Shown: positions 1 to 10,644 of the stretch, one piece after another
Position numbering within the stretch: position 1 is the stretch's first letter
Layout: each line of letters begins with the position of its first letter
Assembly: GCA_963666315.2 (NCBI GenBank)
Contig: CAXXHG010000046.1
Span: 96,001-160,000 of the forward strand
Direction: 5' to 3'
Length of the DNA stretch: 64,000 bases
DNA from: Candidatus Binatia bacterium
GTDB lineage: Bacteria > Desulfobacterota > Binatia > Bin18
The notes under the pieces: model-generated
What the model saw: the letters and a program-made list of their open reading frames with translations, nothing else
Databases searched by the model: none
Told to the model about the DNA's origin: nothing
Translations under genes and position numbers: made by a program

Positions 1-292
1 CCTGTTCCGGGATCACAGAATTATAAAGGGTGGGTGGGTCCTTCTGACCCACCCTACGAGACTCCCCTCTAGCCCAGAGGATCTCGACATCCAGTGGTGC
101 ATCAACGTCCTCAGCTATCTGTACTTTTCCTGCATCCTGGCCAGGAATGCGCGGTTCCTTCGGCGGCGCGCAGGCAATCAGTCGCGCAATAGGTTTCCCG
201 GCCTTGGCGATTACAATTTCCTCGCCTCCAATCACCCGGTCAAGGAGACGGGACAGGTGGGGTTTTGCCTCGTGGACGTTTACTTGGATCAT
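1..292 (-). CDS. Phd/YefM-family (prevent-host-death) antitoxin; C-terminus runs into a REP and off the window edge
   Basis: Manual translation from ATG 292: MIQVNVHEAKPHLSRLLDRVIGGEEIVIAKAGKPIARL...; no stop in window, so absent from the ORF track. Confidence 0.85.
   Translation of the reverse strand, partial: MIQVNVHEAKPHLSRLLDRVIGGEEIVIAKAGKPIARLIACAPPKEPRIPGQDAGKVQIAEDVDAPLDVEILWARGESRRVGQKDPPTLYNSVIPEQ
32..57 (-). repeat. GTAG-headed REP-like hairpin
   Basis: Reverse complement GTAGGGTGGGTCAGAAGGACCCACCC (GGGTGGGTC/GACCCACCC stem). Confidence 0.7.
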
Positions 293-339
293 TATCAGCT
301 TGGTAGGTTAAGTCATGAACTAAGTCAATGAATATTCCT

Positions 340-1533
340 CTACTTCATCGGCGGCAGTATCTCATGAGGATCGAGTCCTAGCTCTAACGCCCCCAGGCTC
401 GACAGACAAAAGTCACTCGGTGGGAACTGAATCGCACCGACCGTACCGTCACGAAACAGCCGCTCAAGCGCTGAGGTCTTAAACAGGGTATGCGCACCGC
501 CCAGCGTCAGGGCAGCGCGTCCGATTCGCGCCACGGCCTCGCCCACGAGATACTTCGCGCGGTAGAGGGCCGCAATGGTATGCGGTGTCGGCCCTTCGGT
601 ATCGCTCAGCCAGGCCGAGTGGTATACGCACAACCGCGCTGATTCCAGGTCAACGCTCATCTCTGCGACCTTGCGCCGCACATCGGGATGGTAGGCCATG
701 GATTGGCTAAATCCACGCGGCACCCTTTCTTGGACAACCTGCGTGATTTCATTATAAATAGCGGCAGCCACGCCCAGATAGACAGCTGTGTACGATGCCC
801 AAAACCAGTTCGCCCCACGGGCGATAGATGGAAAGAAATCGTCGGTATTAAACACAACGGCCTCGTCCGGCACGAAACAGTCTTCTAGGAGCAAACAGTC
901 GCTGCGCGTGGCACGCATGCCCAAAACATCCCAGACTTCCTCGATGGTCTGACCTTTGGCCGCACGTGGAACCAGAAAAATAATTGCTGCTCCAGGAGTC
1001 GTTGCGTCCTCAAGGCGAGCCGGGACAGCGCGGAAATCAGCCGGACCGACCATGGAGGAGAAAAATTTCTTGCCGTTTATGACATAGCCATCTTCAACCC
1101 GTCGGGCTTGAGTGGCCGGAGCATACGAGGCCAACAGGGCGGACGTCGTCGGCTCAGAGGTTGAACCCGCAACAAGATTATTCCCTCTCACAACCCAGTC
1201 TGCCACTCGTTGTTTCACATCCGGCGTAATCTCGGTATTTTCCATCAGATACCCAACCCAGGCCAAATGCATATTGAACGACAAGGCCGTGGCCGGGCAA
1301 CCTTGGGCCAGTTGTTCAAGGGCCAGAGAATGGCCAAACAGTTTTTCCCCCCAACCACCCAGGTCTTTGGGGATGTTTAAGATGTGAAATCCCGCATCAC
1401 GGAGCAAGGCATAGTTCTCGACTGGGTTGCTGGCCTCTCGATCATGCTCAGCCGCCCTGATCGCAAAGTCTGCTGCCAACTCCTGACATTGGGCCTGAAT
1501 ACGCTTGTGTTCTTTTGTCAGCTCGAAATTCAC
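340..1533 (-). CDS. Acyl-CoA dehydrogenase family flavoprotein
   Basis: 397 aa; YVINGKKFF, WDVLGMRATRS, LERLFRD motifs. Confidence 0.9.
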   Translation of the reverse strand: MNFELTKEHKRIQAQCQELAADFAIRAAEHDREASNPVENYALLRDAGFHILNIPKDLGGWGEKLFGHSLALEQLAQGCPATALSFNMHLAWVGYLMENTEITPDVKQRVADWVVRGNNLVAGSTSEPTTSALLASYAPATQARRVEDGYVINGKKFFSSMVGPADFRAVPARLEDATTPGAAIIFLVPRAAKGQTIEEVWDVLGMRATRSDCLLLEDCFVPDEAVVFNTDDFFPSIARGANWFWASYTAVYLGVAAAIYNEITQVVQERVPRGFSQSMAYHPDVRRKVAEMSVDLESARLCVYHSAWLSDTEGPTPHTIAALYRAKYLVGEAVARIGRAALTLGGAHTLFKTSALERLFRDGTVGAIQFPPSDFCLSSLGALELGLDPHEILPPMK

Positions 1534-1658
1534 GGTGGCCCCCTTTTCTCTGATCGGATGCTAGTCCCTGCCTCTCCTCGCAGTCAAGAGAAAATAGCAC
1601 TCTTCTTCTCTCCTCGAATCATCTTGTAGTATGATAAATCAACAAGGAGGAGTGACTG

Positions 1659-2480
1659 ATGGGTATTGTTGATTTTTCACTGGACACCAAAGTTGCCATT
1701 GTCACGGGCGGTTCTAAAGGGATCGGTCGAGCAATTGCTTTAGCTTTTGCCGAGCATGGGGCGGACATTGTTCTTGCCGCCCGAGGGCTGAAGGCGCTTG
1801 AGCAAGCGAAACAGGACATTGCCGTGACTGGTCGGCGCGTACTTATCGTGCAGGCAGACATGTCTAACAGTGTGGACTGTGACAAATTGTATCAGCAAAC
1901 GGTTGAGGAATTCGGGGGTGTGGATATCCTGGTGAATAACGCTGCCGGAGTCTCGCCGGTGACCTTGGCCGAGGAAAACGAGGCCGATTTCCTCAGAGTG
2001 ATGAAGACAAATGTATGGACACCGCTTCATTTGGCGCGGCTGTGCCGGGAATCTATGCGCCAACGGGGCGGTGGTGCTGTCATTAACATCACGTCTAATG
2101 AAGGTATTCGTCCGTCCATGGGCATCGGAACGTATGCCCTCTCTAAGGCTGCGTTAATCAATATGGCTCAACTCTTAGGTAAGGAATGGGCAAGCGATAA
2201 GATTCGCGTGACCTGTATCGCGCCGGGTCTTATTCGCACAGAGCTGGCAAAGGACTTAGTCGAGGCGGTCGAAACGAGCGGCTCTCCGATCAATCCGCAG
2301 AAGCGGGTTGGTGAGCCAAACGAAATAGCAGGCTTGGCATTATTCTTGGCCAGTCCAGCCGGCGCCTTTGCCACAAGCATGACGTATGTGGTTGACGGTG
2401 GTGAGGTCAGCGCCGGGCCAGGAGACGTTGTAGTCATGATAGCCGAAGAGTCTGTGCAGGCGGCACGGCAGGACAAATAA
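1659..2480 (+). CDS. SDR family oxidoreductase
   Basis: TGGSKGIG, NNAA, YALSK; RBS AGGAGG. Confidence 0.92.
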   Translation: MGIVDFSLDTKVAIVTGGSKGIGRAIALAFAEHGADIVLAARGLKALEQAKQDIAVTGRRVLIVQADMSNSVDCDKLYQQTVEEFGGVDILVNNAAGVSPVTLAEENEADFLRVMKTNVWTPLHLARLCRESMRQRGGGAVINITSNEGIRPSMGIGTYALSKAALINMAQLLGKEWASDKIRVTCIAPGLIRTELAKDLVEAVETSGSPINPQKRVGEPNEIAGLALFLASPAGAFATSMTYVVDGGEVSAGPGDVVVMIAEESVQAARQDK

Positions 2481-2496
2481 CACCTACGGCCGACTG

Positions 2497-2733
2497 TTAA
2501 CCCAGCGCCTGCCGAATGACTCCAGCCAAACGCTCCTGCTCTCCAGGAACATCCTTGGGCTCCACCGGAACCGGCAGCCGGTCGAGTTCGTCTTTGATGA
2601 CGCCTGTGAGTATCTCCGCCTCACGGGTCGAGAGCTGCCACTGGGCAACGATATCCTTAGGGCTCCACTGGACAATTTGCCGGAATCCGTAATCAGCCAC
2701 CGCCTTATTAGTAATTTCTATTAGTTTCTCCAT
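2497..2733 (-). CDS. Small protein resembling the nitrile-hydratase-leader (NHLP/Os1348-like) clan
   Basis: 78 aa with good RBS (GGAGGAG); KAVADYGFRQ...P...WQLSTREAEIL resembles the A-x-x-D-x-x-FR...P...L-S/T-x-x-E pattern. Confidence 0.5.
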   Translation of the reverse strand: MEKLIEITNKAVADYGFRQIVQWSPKDIVAQWQLSTREAEILTGVIKDELDRLPVPVEPKDVPGEQERLAGVIRQALG

Positions 2734-2773
2734 GGTCTCCTCCCTAGCACCTTGTCAACGCGGATTCGATGCG

Positions 2774-2865
2774 TGTCATTCTGAGGAGCCCTGAGACGAA
2801 GAATCTCTTTGCCGGGTACGTCCGAGAGATTCTTCACCTGCGCTCTGCTTCGGTTCAGAATGACA
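2774..2865. repeat. Intergenic palindromic element (MITE/REP-like) with nested inverted repeats
   Basis: TGTCATTCTGA...TCAGAATGACA outer IR and GAAGAATCTC...GAGATTCTTC inner IR. Confidence 0.75.
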
Positions 2866-2893
2866 GGTCCCCCACTTCATTCCTGATAGAGCA

Positions 2894-3664
2894 CTAGAGT
2901 CGACTTGCAACCGACCACGACCCCCCGTCAACAATAAAGGTCGAACCACTAATGTAAGAAGCTTCGTCAGAGGCCAGAAAGAGAATCGTGTTGGCAATTT
3001 CCTCAGGCTGGCCAATTCGGCCCATGGGATGATAGCGGGCCGCTTTCTCTATAGCTTCCGTACTCTGCGTGCTGCCTCTCGCCTGAGGCGTATCCACAAA
3101 ACCTGGGGCAATACAGTTTATCCGAATCCCCTGGGAGGTATATTGGCTGGCCGCGACTGAATTGAGATGGATGATTCCGGCTTTACTGACCGCATACGGC
3201 AGAGACTGGCTGTAGGGTTGGACACCGGCCATAGAAGCAATATTCACGATCGATCCGCCGCCACCCTTGAGCATGACCGGAATTGCGGCTTTGCAGCAAA
3301 AGAAGAGCCCTTTGAGATTTGTCGACATAATAAGATCCCAATGCCGTTCGTCTATTTCTGCAAGCGGAGGCGTCAGAATGAGGACCCCAGCCGCATTGAC
3401 CAATACGTCAAGGCGGCCAAAGTGGTCAACGGCGTGGTCAACCATCGCCGACACCTGGTCCAGTTTGGACACGTCTACAGCAATGGTCTCAATATCTGGA
3501 CTGATTTTCTGAGCCAGGCTCTTGGTCTGCTTCAGACCGCCCGAGTTACGGTCTGCGGCCAGCACCTTGGCACCCTCTTCGGCAAAGCGGAGTACAGTGG
3601 CGCGACCAATGCCTGAAGCGCCTCCGGTTACAATAGCAATTTTGTCTGTGAGTCTACCGGCCAT
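2894..3664 (-). CDS. SDR family oxidoreductase
   Basis: [17 protein letters not shown]; probable start ATG 3664 after GAGGAGG. Confidence 0.92.
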   Translation of the reverse strand: MAGRLTDKIAIVTGGASGIGRATVLRFAEEGAKVLAADRNSGGLKQTKSLAQKISPDIETIAVDVSKLDQVSAMVDHAVDHFGRLDVLVNAAGVLILTPPLAEIDERHWDLIMSTNLKGLFFCCKAAIPVMLKGGGGSIVNIASMAGVQPYSQSLPYAVSKAGIIHLNSVAASQYTSQGIRINCIAPGFVDTPQARGSTQSTEAIEKAARYHPMGRIGQPEEIANTILFLASDEASYISGSTFIVDGGSWSVASRL

Positions 3665-3766
3665 CTTTTGCCTCCTCTCATGATAAGGTTTGCCGCTCTT
3701 CTTGTCCGAACAGTCTGAAGCTGGACGCATACCTTCTCAGGATCTTATGCCGATGTATCCCGGAGC

Positions 3767-4810
3767 TTACATTGGCGCGCCCCACGTCAACACACGTCTT
3801 GGATTCTCCACTATAAGAGTATTGATCTGTTCTTCACTGAGCCCGCTTCGACTCAGCATGGGTACAACGTTCTTGACTAAGTGGGCATACCCCCAGCCAC
3901 CATAACGGGTGAGCTGAATCTTCATGGCAATATCGTGGGACAGGACCAGTCGCTCCAAGCAGCCTTTGTCAATCAGACGTTTCAGGGCTGCAACGCCGCT
4001 CGCGTCCGAACCAAGATAACGGCCCACGCTATCGACGTAGAACTCCATGCCAAAGAAATCGTATTCCACATAGGCTCCGCGTTGGATCAAGGTCGTATGG
4101 TATTCCACATCGTCACTTGTCGGACTGAGATGGCACAGGATGACCTGGTTCGGATTAGCACCTTCGCTTTCGAGGATATCCAGGACCTTGATACCGTTTT
4201 TCTGCCACGGCAACAGATGCACGCTAATAGGTGCTCCAGTACGACGCTGAGCACGAGCCGCTGCGCGTAAGACCTTCTGCTCGTTCTCACGGATCTTAAA
4301 ACTGGTGCCAATCTCACCGATGAGGCCGGATCTCACGCCGGTGTCCTCAACGCCTTGCATGAGATCGTGTTCAATCTCATCTGCAATCATCTCAACAGAC
4401 CGATCAGCCATGTCATACGGATGGGAGCGGCCAATGTAATAACCCGAGCCCATAATGATGTTGACTTCAGCGGCCTGGGCAACTTCTTTCAGGGCAAGCG
4501 GGGTACGGCCCAGCCCGTTGTTGGTGCAATCCACCACACTGCCTCCTCCAGCAGTCTTAAATCGGCGCAGCTCCTCAACGGCCAGGGTTGTATCATCAAG
4601 GACACAGTTATCCAGGTTGCCGAAGGGTTCGCGCCGAATCGCGCCGAGAGTAGACATCTCGACTGGTGCATGCGCAAATACTTTTTGCTCCTCTTCTTCT
4701 GGTTCTTCGCACCACACACGCAGGTCAACGAGCAGGTGTTCATGTGTCAACGTTATGCCCAAAGTCTCGGGCTCAATCGGTCCAAGAACCGTCATCACTT
4801 TGCCCTGCAT
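3767..4810 (-). CDS. Phosphotriesterase-related (PTE/PHP) metallohydrolase
   Basis: TLTHEHL, GLIGEIG, ISVH, ILCH, LSHD metal ligands. Confidence 0.92.
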   Translation of the reverse strand: MQGKVMTVLGPIEPETLGITLTHEHLLVDLRVWCEEPEEEEQKVFAHAPVEMSTLGAIRREPFGNLDNCVLDDTTLAVEELRRFKTAGGGSVVDCTNNGLGRTPLALKEVAQAAEVNIIMGSGYYIGRSHPYDMADRSVEMIADEIEHDLMQGVEDTGVRSGLIGEIGTSFKIRENEQKVLRAAARAQRRTGAPISVHLLPWQKNGIKVLDILESEGANPNQVILCHLSPTSDDVEYHTTLIQRGAYVEYDFFGMEFYVDSVGRYLGSDASGVAALKRLIDKGCLERLVLSHDIAMKIQLTRYGGWGYAHLVKNVVPMLSRSGLSEEQINTLIVENPRRVLTWGAPM

Positions 4811-4974
4811 GTCCCCTCCCTTGCCCTACCACTGTTGAGGTAGATGCAGGCTATACCACCTCACCTTTCAAATAAAAGAGCGCCTGGCCTGCTCTGACTC
4901 GAAAAACAATAGTCTTTGATAAGATGAGATAAAATCATCGCGTTTGAAGGAAAGAAGGAGAGGAGGAATAGTCT

Positions 4975-5523
4975 ATGGCGAACAAGACACGTCGCATCGT
5001 GACCGGGCACGACGCAAACGGAAAAGCGATCATCCAACACGACACTGCTGCGCCGGTGTTTTTGCCTGCGAATAGACCTGGAGTTGAGGTGACAAACCTG
5101 TGGCTGACTACGGAGACACCCGCAAAGCTGGCCGACACCACAGACCGGGCACAGGGACCGGTAACGCTGACACCGCCATCACACGGTACGGTCTTCCGCA
5201 TTGTCGAGTTTTCTCCCGAGAAAGATTGGATCGAACAGGTTGACCGTCAGGCCGCACGGGAGAGCTTTGCGTCATTTGGAGCGGAGCAGGCCTTGGATGA
5301 CGCGGAAGAGCCGCGCCACCCGTTCATGCACAAGACCGCAACCATCGACTATGCGATTGTACTCTCGGGCCAATGTTACATGCTACTCGATGACTCGGAG
5401 GTACTCGTCACAGCCGGAGATGTCATTATCCAGCGCGGGACAAACCACGCCTGGAGCAACCGCTCGGACCGTCCCTGTAAGATCGCCTTCGTCCTGATCG
5501 ACGGGACTGTCACTGCTGCCTGA
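4975..5523 (+). CDS. Cupin domain protein
   Basis: RRIVTGHD..GKA, MHKTATIDY, QRGTNHAWSNRS. Confidence 0.9.
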   Translation: MANKTRRIVTGHDANGKAIIQHDTAAPVFLPANRPGVEVTNLWLTTETPAKLADTTDRAQGPVTLTPPSHGTVFRIVEFSPEKDWIEQVDRQAARESFASFGAEQALDDAEEPRHPFMHKTATIDYAIVLSGQCYMLLDDSEVLVTAGDVIIQRGTNHAWSNRSDRPCKIAFVLIDGTVTAA

Positions 5524-5731
5524 ATTTGGGCAATATGATTATCCGGGCGAGAGGACCATCCTCCACGAGCATGAGCAGATCAAACTGCATCGTCAAGAGT
5601 TTGCGGTCAAGCGGCGAGCGGCGGTAGCAGAATTTGCCTAATATCTACTAGACATATATTGGTCGAACTCCTTGCGGGCGCTACGTCACTGGCATGCGGC
5701 ACGATACCGCACAAAAAGACCGGAGGAAGAC

Positions 5732-7225
5732 ATGTCGTTCAAACTAGAAGAAACTACCATCTCCAAAATCCACGCGGCCTTACGCGCTGGCGAAGTAACC
5801 TGCGCCGAGCTCGTAGCCGGGTATCTTGCGCGGATTGAGGCCTACGATCGTAGCGGCCCGACGATCAATTCGATCGTGACCGTGAATCCCCGTGCTCAGG
5901 ACGAAGCCGCGCGGCTTGATGCTCAGTTCGCAACGTCTGGCCAGCTGTCAGGCCCCTTACATGGCGTGCCTATTGTGGTGAAGGATCAGGCTGAAACGGC
6001 TGGGATTATGACCTGCTTTGGCTCGATTGCCTTAGACGGCTATATTCCCGACAAAGACGCGACGGCTGTCGCAAAGCTCCATGCGGCAGGCGCGATTATT
6101 CTGGCTAAGACCACACTGCCGGACTTTGCAACATCCTGGTTCGGATACTCGTCCAAGTCCGGCACGACCAAGAATCCGTATGATCTTGCGCACGACCCAG
6201 GTGGCTCAAGCAGCGGAACAGGCGCTGCGGTTGCCGCCAATCTAGGCGCTATCGGGTTGGGTGAGGACACGGGCGGCTCGATCCGTTTGCCGTCTTCGTT
6301 CGATAACTTGGTCGGTCTCAAGGTCACACCGGGCCTCATCAGCCGGGCTGGCATGTCGCCGCTGGTGGTGTTCCAGGACTCTGCCGGACCGATGTGTCGG
6401 ACCGTCACGGATACCGCCAAAATGCTTGGGGTGTTAGCTGGGTTTGATCCAGCCGACCCGTACACCGCGACAGCGATTATCGCTGGTGAGGTGAAATATT
6501 CGGAACGGCTCGACCAGGCGGCACTCTCGGGGGCCAGGATCGGCGTGGTGCGTGAAGTCTTCGGAGACGCGTCCGATCCGCAAGCGGCAATGGTCAACAC
6601 GGTGATCGAAGCTGCGCTGGCAGCGATGACAGCGGCAGGCGCAACTCTAGTCGATATAACGATCCCCGATCTGCAGCACTATATTGACCTGTCTTCGATG
6701 TACGTCATCCGTTCACGCCACGATATCGATAGCTTTTTAGCAGCCCGACCCCGGCTACCGATGCGGACGTTGAAAGACATCGTCGATGCCAAAAAATACC
6801 ATCCTAAGTGTGATCTCATAGACGCGCTCGTCGAAGGGCCAGAAGACCCCTATTCTGACCCTGAGTACTATCAGCGCTATACCGCGCGAGAACAATTCCA
6901 GCGGGTAGTAATCAATGAAATGGCAAAGGCAGGGGCAAGCGCGCTCGTATTTCCAACCACACAAGTGCCCTCACCTTCCAGAGCCGAACTCGATGGCGGC
7001 AAATGGCCTATGTTAGAGTTCCCGACCAACACACTCATCGCAGCCCAGACCTGGATGCCGGCGATGAGCGTGCCTGCCGGATTCACGCCCGGCGGCATCC
7101 CCGTAGGCCTGGAGATCGTCGGCTTACCGTATCGCGAAGCGGATCTGCTTTCGTTAGCCTACGCGTTTGAACAGGCAACCATGCATCGCAGACCATCTGC
7201 ACACGTCCCCGAGCTGGCAGATTAG
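5732..7225 (+). CDS. Amidase signature family protein
   Basis: GVPIVVKD, PGGSSSG, DTGGSIRLPS; start ATG 5732 after GGAGG. Confidence 0.92.
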   Translation: MSFKLEETTISKIHAALRAGEVTCAELVAGYLARIEAYDRSGPTINSIVTVNPRAQDEAARLDAQFATSGQLSGPLHGVPIVVKDQAETAGIMTCFGSIALDGYIPDKDATAVAKLHAAGAIILAKTTLPDFATSWFGYSSKSGTTKNPYDLAHDPGGSSSGTGAAVAANLGAIGLGEDTGGSIRLPSSFDNLVGLKVTPGLISRAGMSPLVVFQDSAGPMCRTVTDTAKMLGVLAGFDPADPYTATAIIAGEVKYSERLDQAALSGARIGVVREVFGDASDPQAAMVNTVIEAALAAMTAAGATLVDITIPDLQHYIDLSSMYVIRSRHDIDSFLAARPRLPMRTLKDIVDAKKYHPKCDLIDALVEGPEDPYSDPEYYQRYTAREQFQRVVINEMAKAGASALVFPTTQVPSPSRAELDGGKWPMLEFPTNTLIAAQTWMPAMSVPAGFTPGGIPVGLEIVGLPYREADLLSLAYAFEQATMHRRPSAHVPELAD

Positions 7226-9009
7226 GTAGACAAAACCGGTAGCTCAATAAAGGACGGATGCTCCTCAGTGTGATGCACCACATTGGTGGCGATGTGAATG
7301 TCAGCCTGCGTGTCATTCGCGAGCACTGCGTTACCACTATTTGTGTTACGCGCACGGCGGGGGAAGTTACTGCTGGTGACATCCACTTGCAAACGGCTGT
7401 CTGCCGGAAAAGTGTGATGAATATCAGCCAGGTGAATCTGGACTTGGTAAACTTGATCAGGTTCTAAATGCTGCGGCTTCGTCGTGGCGTTGCGATACAT
7501 CGCCCGCACCACACCATCCATGAGCAGCAGGGCGCATCCGTCCGGTTGCAGCTCAATCAATTTGGCAATGAAATCCGTATCGCGGCAATTCGATTGGACG
7601 TGGAGCGTGACAGAGACCGCTCCTGCTATCGTCATATCTTCATCCAAAACCTCACTCCGGTAGCTCAAACCATAGTTCGGCAAGACTTGCACTTGGCGTT
7701 GATCCTGAGGCCCACTCGCGATCAACATATTGCGACCGCCGAGCGTTGGGATGGGACGGTTGGGGTCATATATATAGCTTCTCTCGTCGCCGCCTGGACC
7801 GTCAGCGCTGAGGCGTCCGTCACCAGTCAGATACAGCCGCTGCTGGACAGTCCCCAAAGGCGGCCACTGGTCAGCGTGGCGCCAATCATTGGCCACGTAG
7901 TTTTTTTGATCTGCGGCCCAGGCGCGCGGCGCATAGTATACTGCCGGCTCATCCATGATTGCGGACGGTAGTCCCTTGAGCCAGTAATCAAACCACTCAA
8001 AGTAGGGATCACGCGGCCAGAAATTGCGCTCATACACAAAGTGATGGCTGTTTGGCCCGATCCATAGCCGCTGGTTTCCGACTCGGGACTGGATCTCGGT
8101 AAAGGCGGCTAACACGCTGGTTTGGAAAATATCGAACCAGGTCGTAACGTGAAAACCTGGGACATTGATCGTCGCGCGGAAGTTGTGACGGGCGCGAAAA
8201 TAGTCAGGAGCGGGATGACTAATAATTTCGTCAAGATAAGGCTGCCATACAGAGAAGTCGGGATACCCGCTCAGGGGTAAACGCATCCATTCGTCCGTAT
8301 CGATGAAGGGCGGGTCTGCATGTCGGGCAGCATCAAGCGCCGTATAGCGCACGTTCGCCGAAGCGGCTGCCGTGTCCAGTTCTTGTTTACTCAGTCCGTG
8401 CTGCTGCAGCATAGCCTCACGGTGCGAACGTGAAAGACCCGGAATATTCCGGGCTACCCACAGCCATAGCCGCTCCATCTGGATGGATTGGCCCTCATAG
8501 ACCACGTCGTCATAGATACTCGATCCACCCACTTGGGTGAAAAACGCGCGTACACTGGGATGACACTGCGAGGCCGCGGCAAGCGCCGTGGTCGCAGCGG
8601 CGGATGATCCTGACAGTCCGACGTGTTGATTCGACCAGGGCTCACTCGCTATCCATTCGAGGGTGTCGTATCCGTCTACTGCATCGTCGCCATACACATG
8701 GTCTACTCCTTCAGAGCCATAGCGTCCGCGTGTGTCTTGGTAGACTGCCGCATTGCCGCGGCGCACGATCTCGCGCCAGCCACGTAGGAGTGAGCCTCGC
8801 AGAGGGGCCTTTGCATCCGGCAGCCAGCCTTTCGTGCAGTCGGTTACGTTCTGGCCTTCAGGTGAGGTGATGCCGTAGGGCGTGCGTTGCACAATGACCG
8901 GATAACGAGGTCCGCCGCGTTCGGGCAGGAAGACAAACGTATTCAGCCGTGCGCCATCACGCATAGGCAGCATCACTTGGAAACACCGCGCCCCGTCAAC
9001 AATTTCCAT
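7222..9009 (-). CDS. CocE/NonD family hydrolase
   Basis: MRDGARL, RTPYG, QDTRGRYGSEG, SSNFPR; nucleophile motif reads GSSA rather than the usual GxSY. Confidence 0.9.
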   Translation of the reverse strand: MEIVDGARCFQVMLPMRDGARLNTFVFLPERGGPRYPVIVQRTPYGITSPEGQNVTDCTKGWLPDAKAPLRGSLLRGWREIVRRGNAAVYQDTRGRYGSEGVDHVYGDDAVDGYDTLEWIASEPWSNQHVGLSGSSAAATTALAAASQCHPSVRAFFTQVGGSSIYDDVVYEGQSIQMERLWLWVARNIPGLSRSHREAMLQQHGLSKQELDTAAASANVRYTALDAARHADPPFIDTDEWMRLPLSGYPDFSVWQPYLDEIISHPAPDYFRARHNFRATINVPGFHVTTWFDIFQTSVLAAFTEIQSRVGNQRLWIGPNSHHFVYERNFWPRDPYFEWFDYWLKGLPSAIMDEPAVYYAPRAWAADQKNYVANDWRHADQWPPLGTVQQRLYLTGDGRLSADGPGGDERSYIYDPNRPIPTLGGRNMLIASGPQDQRQVQVLPNYGLSYRSEVLDEDMTIAGAVSVTLHVQSNCRDTDFIAKLIELQPDGCALLLMDGVVRAMYRNATTKPQHLEPDQVYQVQIHLADIHHTFPADSRLQVDVTSSNFPRRARNTNSGNAVLANDTQADIHIATNVVHHTEEHPSFIELPVLST

Positions 9010-9216
9010 AATTGACCTTTCTCGTGAAGCAAACGTCCGTCAATCCTACGGAGTGGGGGCTGTGAATCTAGAGAATCCAGTACAGTATGGACCAAGGCAA
9101 GCTGGTTGAGGGCGTTAGTCGGTATCTTCGCTGCTCTGGGCAGGTCGCGGTGCAACCGGCTCCGGATTTAGAGCTCGGTATTTCGGTGGACTCCACGGGT
9201 TATCTCACAACGACAT

Positions 9217-9467
9217 CTACAACTGATCGTAATGTCCACCGTTTGCAAAGATATAAATATATCGATCGTCGAATTTATAAATGACACGATCTTTCTGGCT
9301 CATTCGGCGGAACGATTATGGTTCAGGGGCTCTGGTTTTCCAATTCCACTACTGGGGTCGCCACGCAACATCTCTTTCAATATACGGCACAGTGCTTTAT
9401 GAAGCTTTTTGTCTTTTGCTCTGAGGTCTTCGTAAATGGCCCAGGTGTTTCCTTCAAACACCAGTGA
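9217..9467 (-). pseudogene. yoeB: YoeB/Txe toxin body, separated from its ATG (17493) by the integrated element, with an additional internal deletion/frameshift
   Basis: SLVFEGNTWAIYEDLRAKDKKLHKALCRILKEMLRGDPSSGIGKPEPLNHN / RRMSQKDRVIYKFDDRYIYIFANGGHYDQL*; GKPEPL and terminal GHY motifs of YoeB; the segment expected before RR is missing. Confidence 0.85.
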
Positions 9468-9468
9468 T
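9445..9468. repeat. att core, left copy
   Basis: GTGTTTCCTTCAAACACCAGTGAT; contains inverted repeat GTGTTT-N5-AAACAC. Confidence 0.85.
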
Positions 9469-9500
9469 ACGCTTTAAAAATAGGCTGAAACCACTGTAAC

Positions 9501-9770
9501 TTAGTGAATAGAAATAACTTTCTCCGTCTGTCCCAAAACCGGCTTCTCAGGGGTGTCGTGAAAATTCGCGGGACTTCTTCCTGGGAATCGGCGTTCCATC
9601 TGCTCCATTGCCCCTCTTTTGTGGTCTGGCGACAGGTGCGCGTACCGCATGGTCATGTTTATATCAGCATGTCCCATGAGTTCCTGCACGGTGCGAATAT
9701 CAACGCCGCTCATAACGAGCCGGCTAGCAAAGGTGTGTCGCAGGACATGGGGGCCAATCGGGGCAATCAC
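9501..9770 (-). pseudogene. Tyrosine recombinase/integrase, C-terminal remnant
   Basis: HVLRHTFAS...LMGH...TMRYAH catalytic motifs; N-terminal part absent. Confidence 0.88.
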
Positions 9771-9954
9771 ACGCTTGCTATAGGACTGCTTGATCGATCC
9801 GAACTTGATTACCGATGCGTTGCGGCGACAGTGGCTCCATATTCGCCCTGTACGGCACGATCTCGATGCGACCCATAACCGATTCGTTCCTCGACACGCG
9901 CGCAACGGAAATGATCGAGCCGATAGCACCAGACATCGCGCGAGTTCATTCAGA

Positions 9955-10644
9955 TTATTTGACCGTGCCTAATCGTGACCCGGACTGCTCCATGACGGCC
10001 ACCCGCGCCGCCAGTTCCTGGATCATCCTATCTTGCTCAATCGTGTACAGCGTCAATTCCTCCACCTTGGCCAACAGCTTCATCTGCATGTCCGTCATAT
10101 TCACGCCCGTCTCGCTTATCTCCGCTGCTGACGGAACGTTGGGCAGGTGTTTTTCGTGTGCAACGAATGTAGCCAGTTCTGGCAGTGGCATAAGCAGATA
10201 GTCGGGCTCGAAGACGTAGTCAGGCACGTTCAGGACCGTACTTCCGGAGATGAAGCTGCCCTCGGCACGGATGTGCCCGTTGACGTGAAGCTCGTCCGTA
10301 GGGTTGGTCGTGCCGATGCCAATGCGGCCCTGCGCCTGGTCAAAGGTCATGACTGCGATACTGCCAGCACGCTGCAGAAGCAAATCTTGCGACGAATTCC
10401 CCTCTTGTACAAATTGCCACTGCATCGTATTGCCTGTGGAGAACCGCATGGAAAGATCTGCCCCTGTCGAGGCACGGTCAAACTTCAGGAATCCGTTAGA
10501 CGCCTCCATCAATATCTGCCCATTGACATGCAGTTTCACCTCTGGGTTCGCCGTCCCAATCCCGACGTTGCCCCCACTATCAAGATCGAGCTGCGCAAAG
10601 ACAGGGGAGGCTACAAGTAAGAACAATACAGCTGTAATCAACAT
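9955..10644 (-). CDS. Secreted protein with GNVGIGT repeats and C-terminal coiled-coil domain (tail-fibre/adhesin-like)
   Basis: Signal peptide; GNVGIGT.NP and GRIGIGT.NP; VPDYVF...KHLPNVPSA...KLLAKVEELTLY. Confidence 0.75.
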   Translation of the reverse strand: MLITAVLFLLVASPVFAQLDLDSGGNVGIGTANPEVKLHVNGQILMEASNGFLKFDRASTGADLSMRFSTGNTMQWQFVQEGNSSQDLLLQRAGSIAVMTFDQAQGRIGIGTTNPTDELHVNGHIRAEGSFISGSTVLNVPDYVFEPDYLLMPLPELATFVAHEKHLPNVPSAAEISETGVNMTDMQMKLLAKVEELTLYTIEQDRMIQELAARVAVMEQSGSRLGTVK

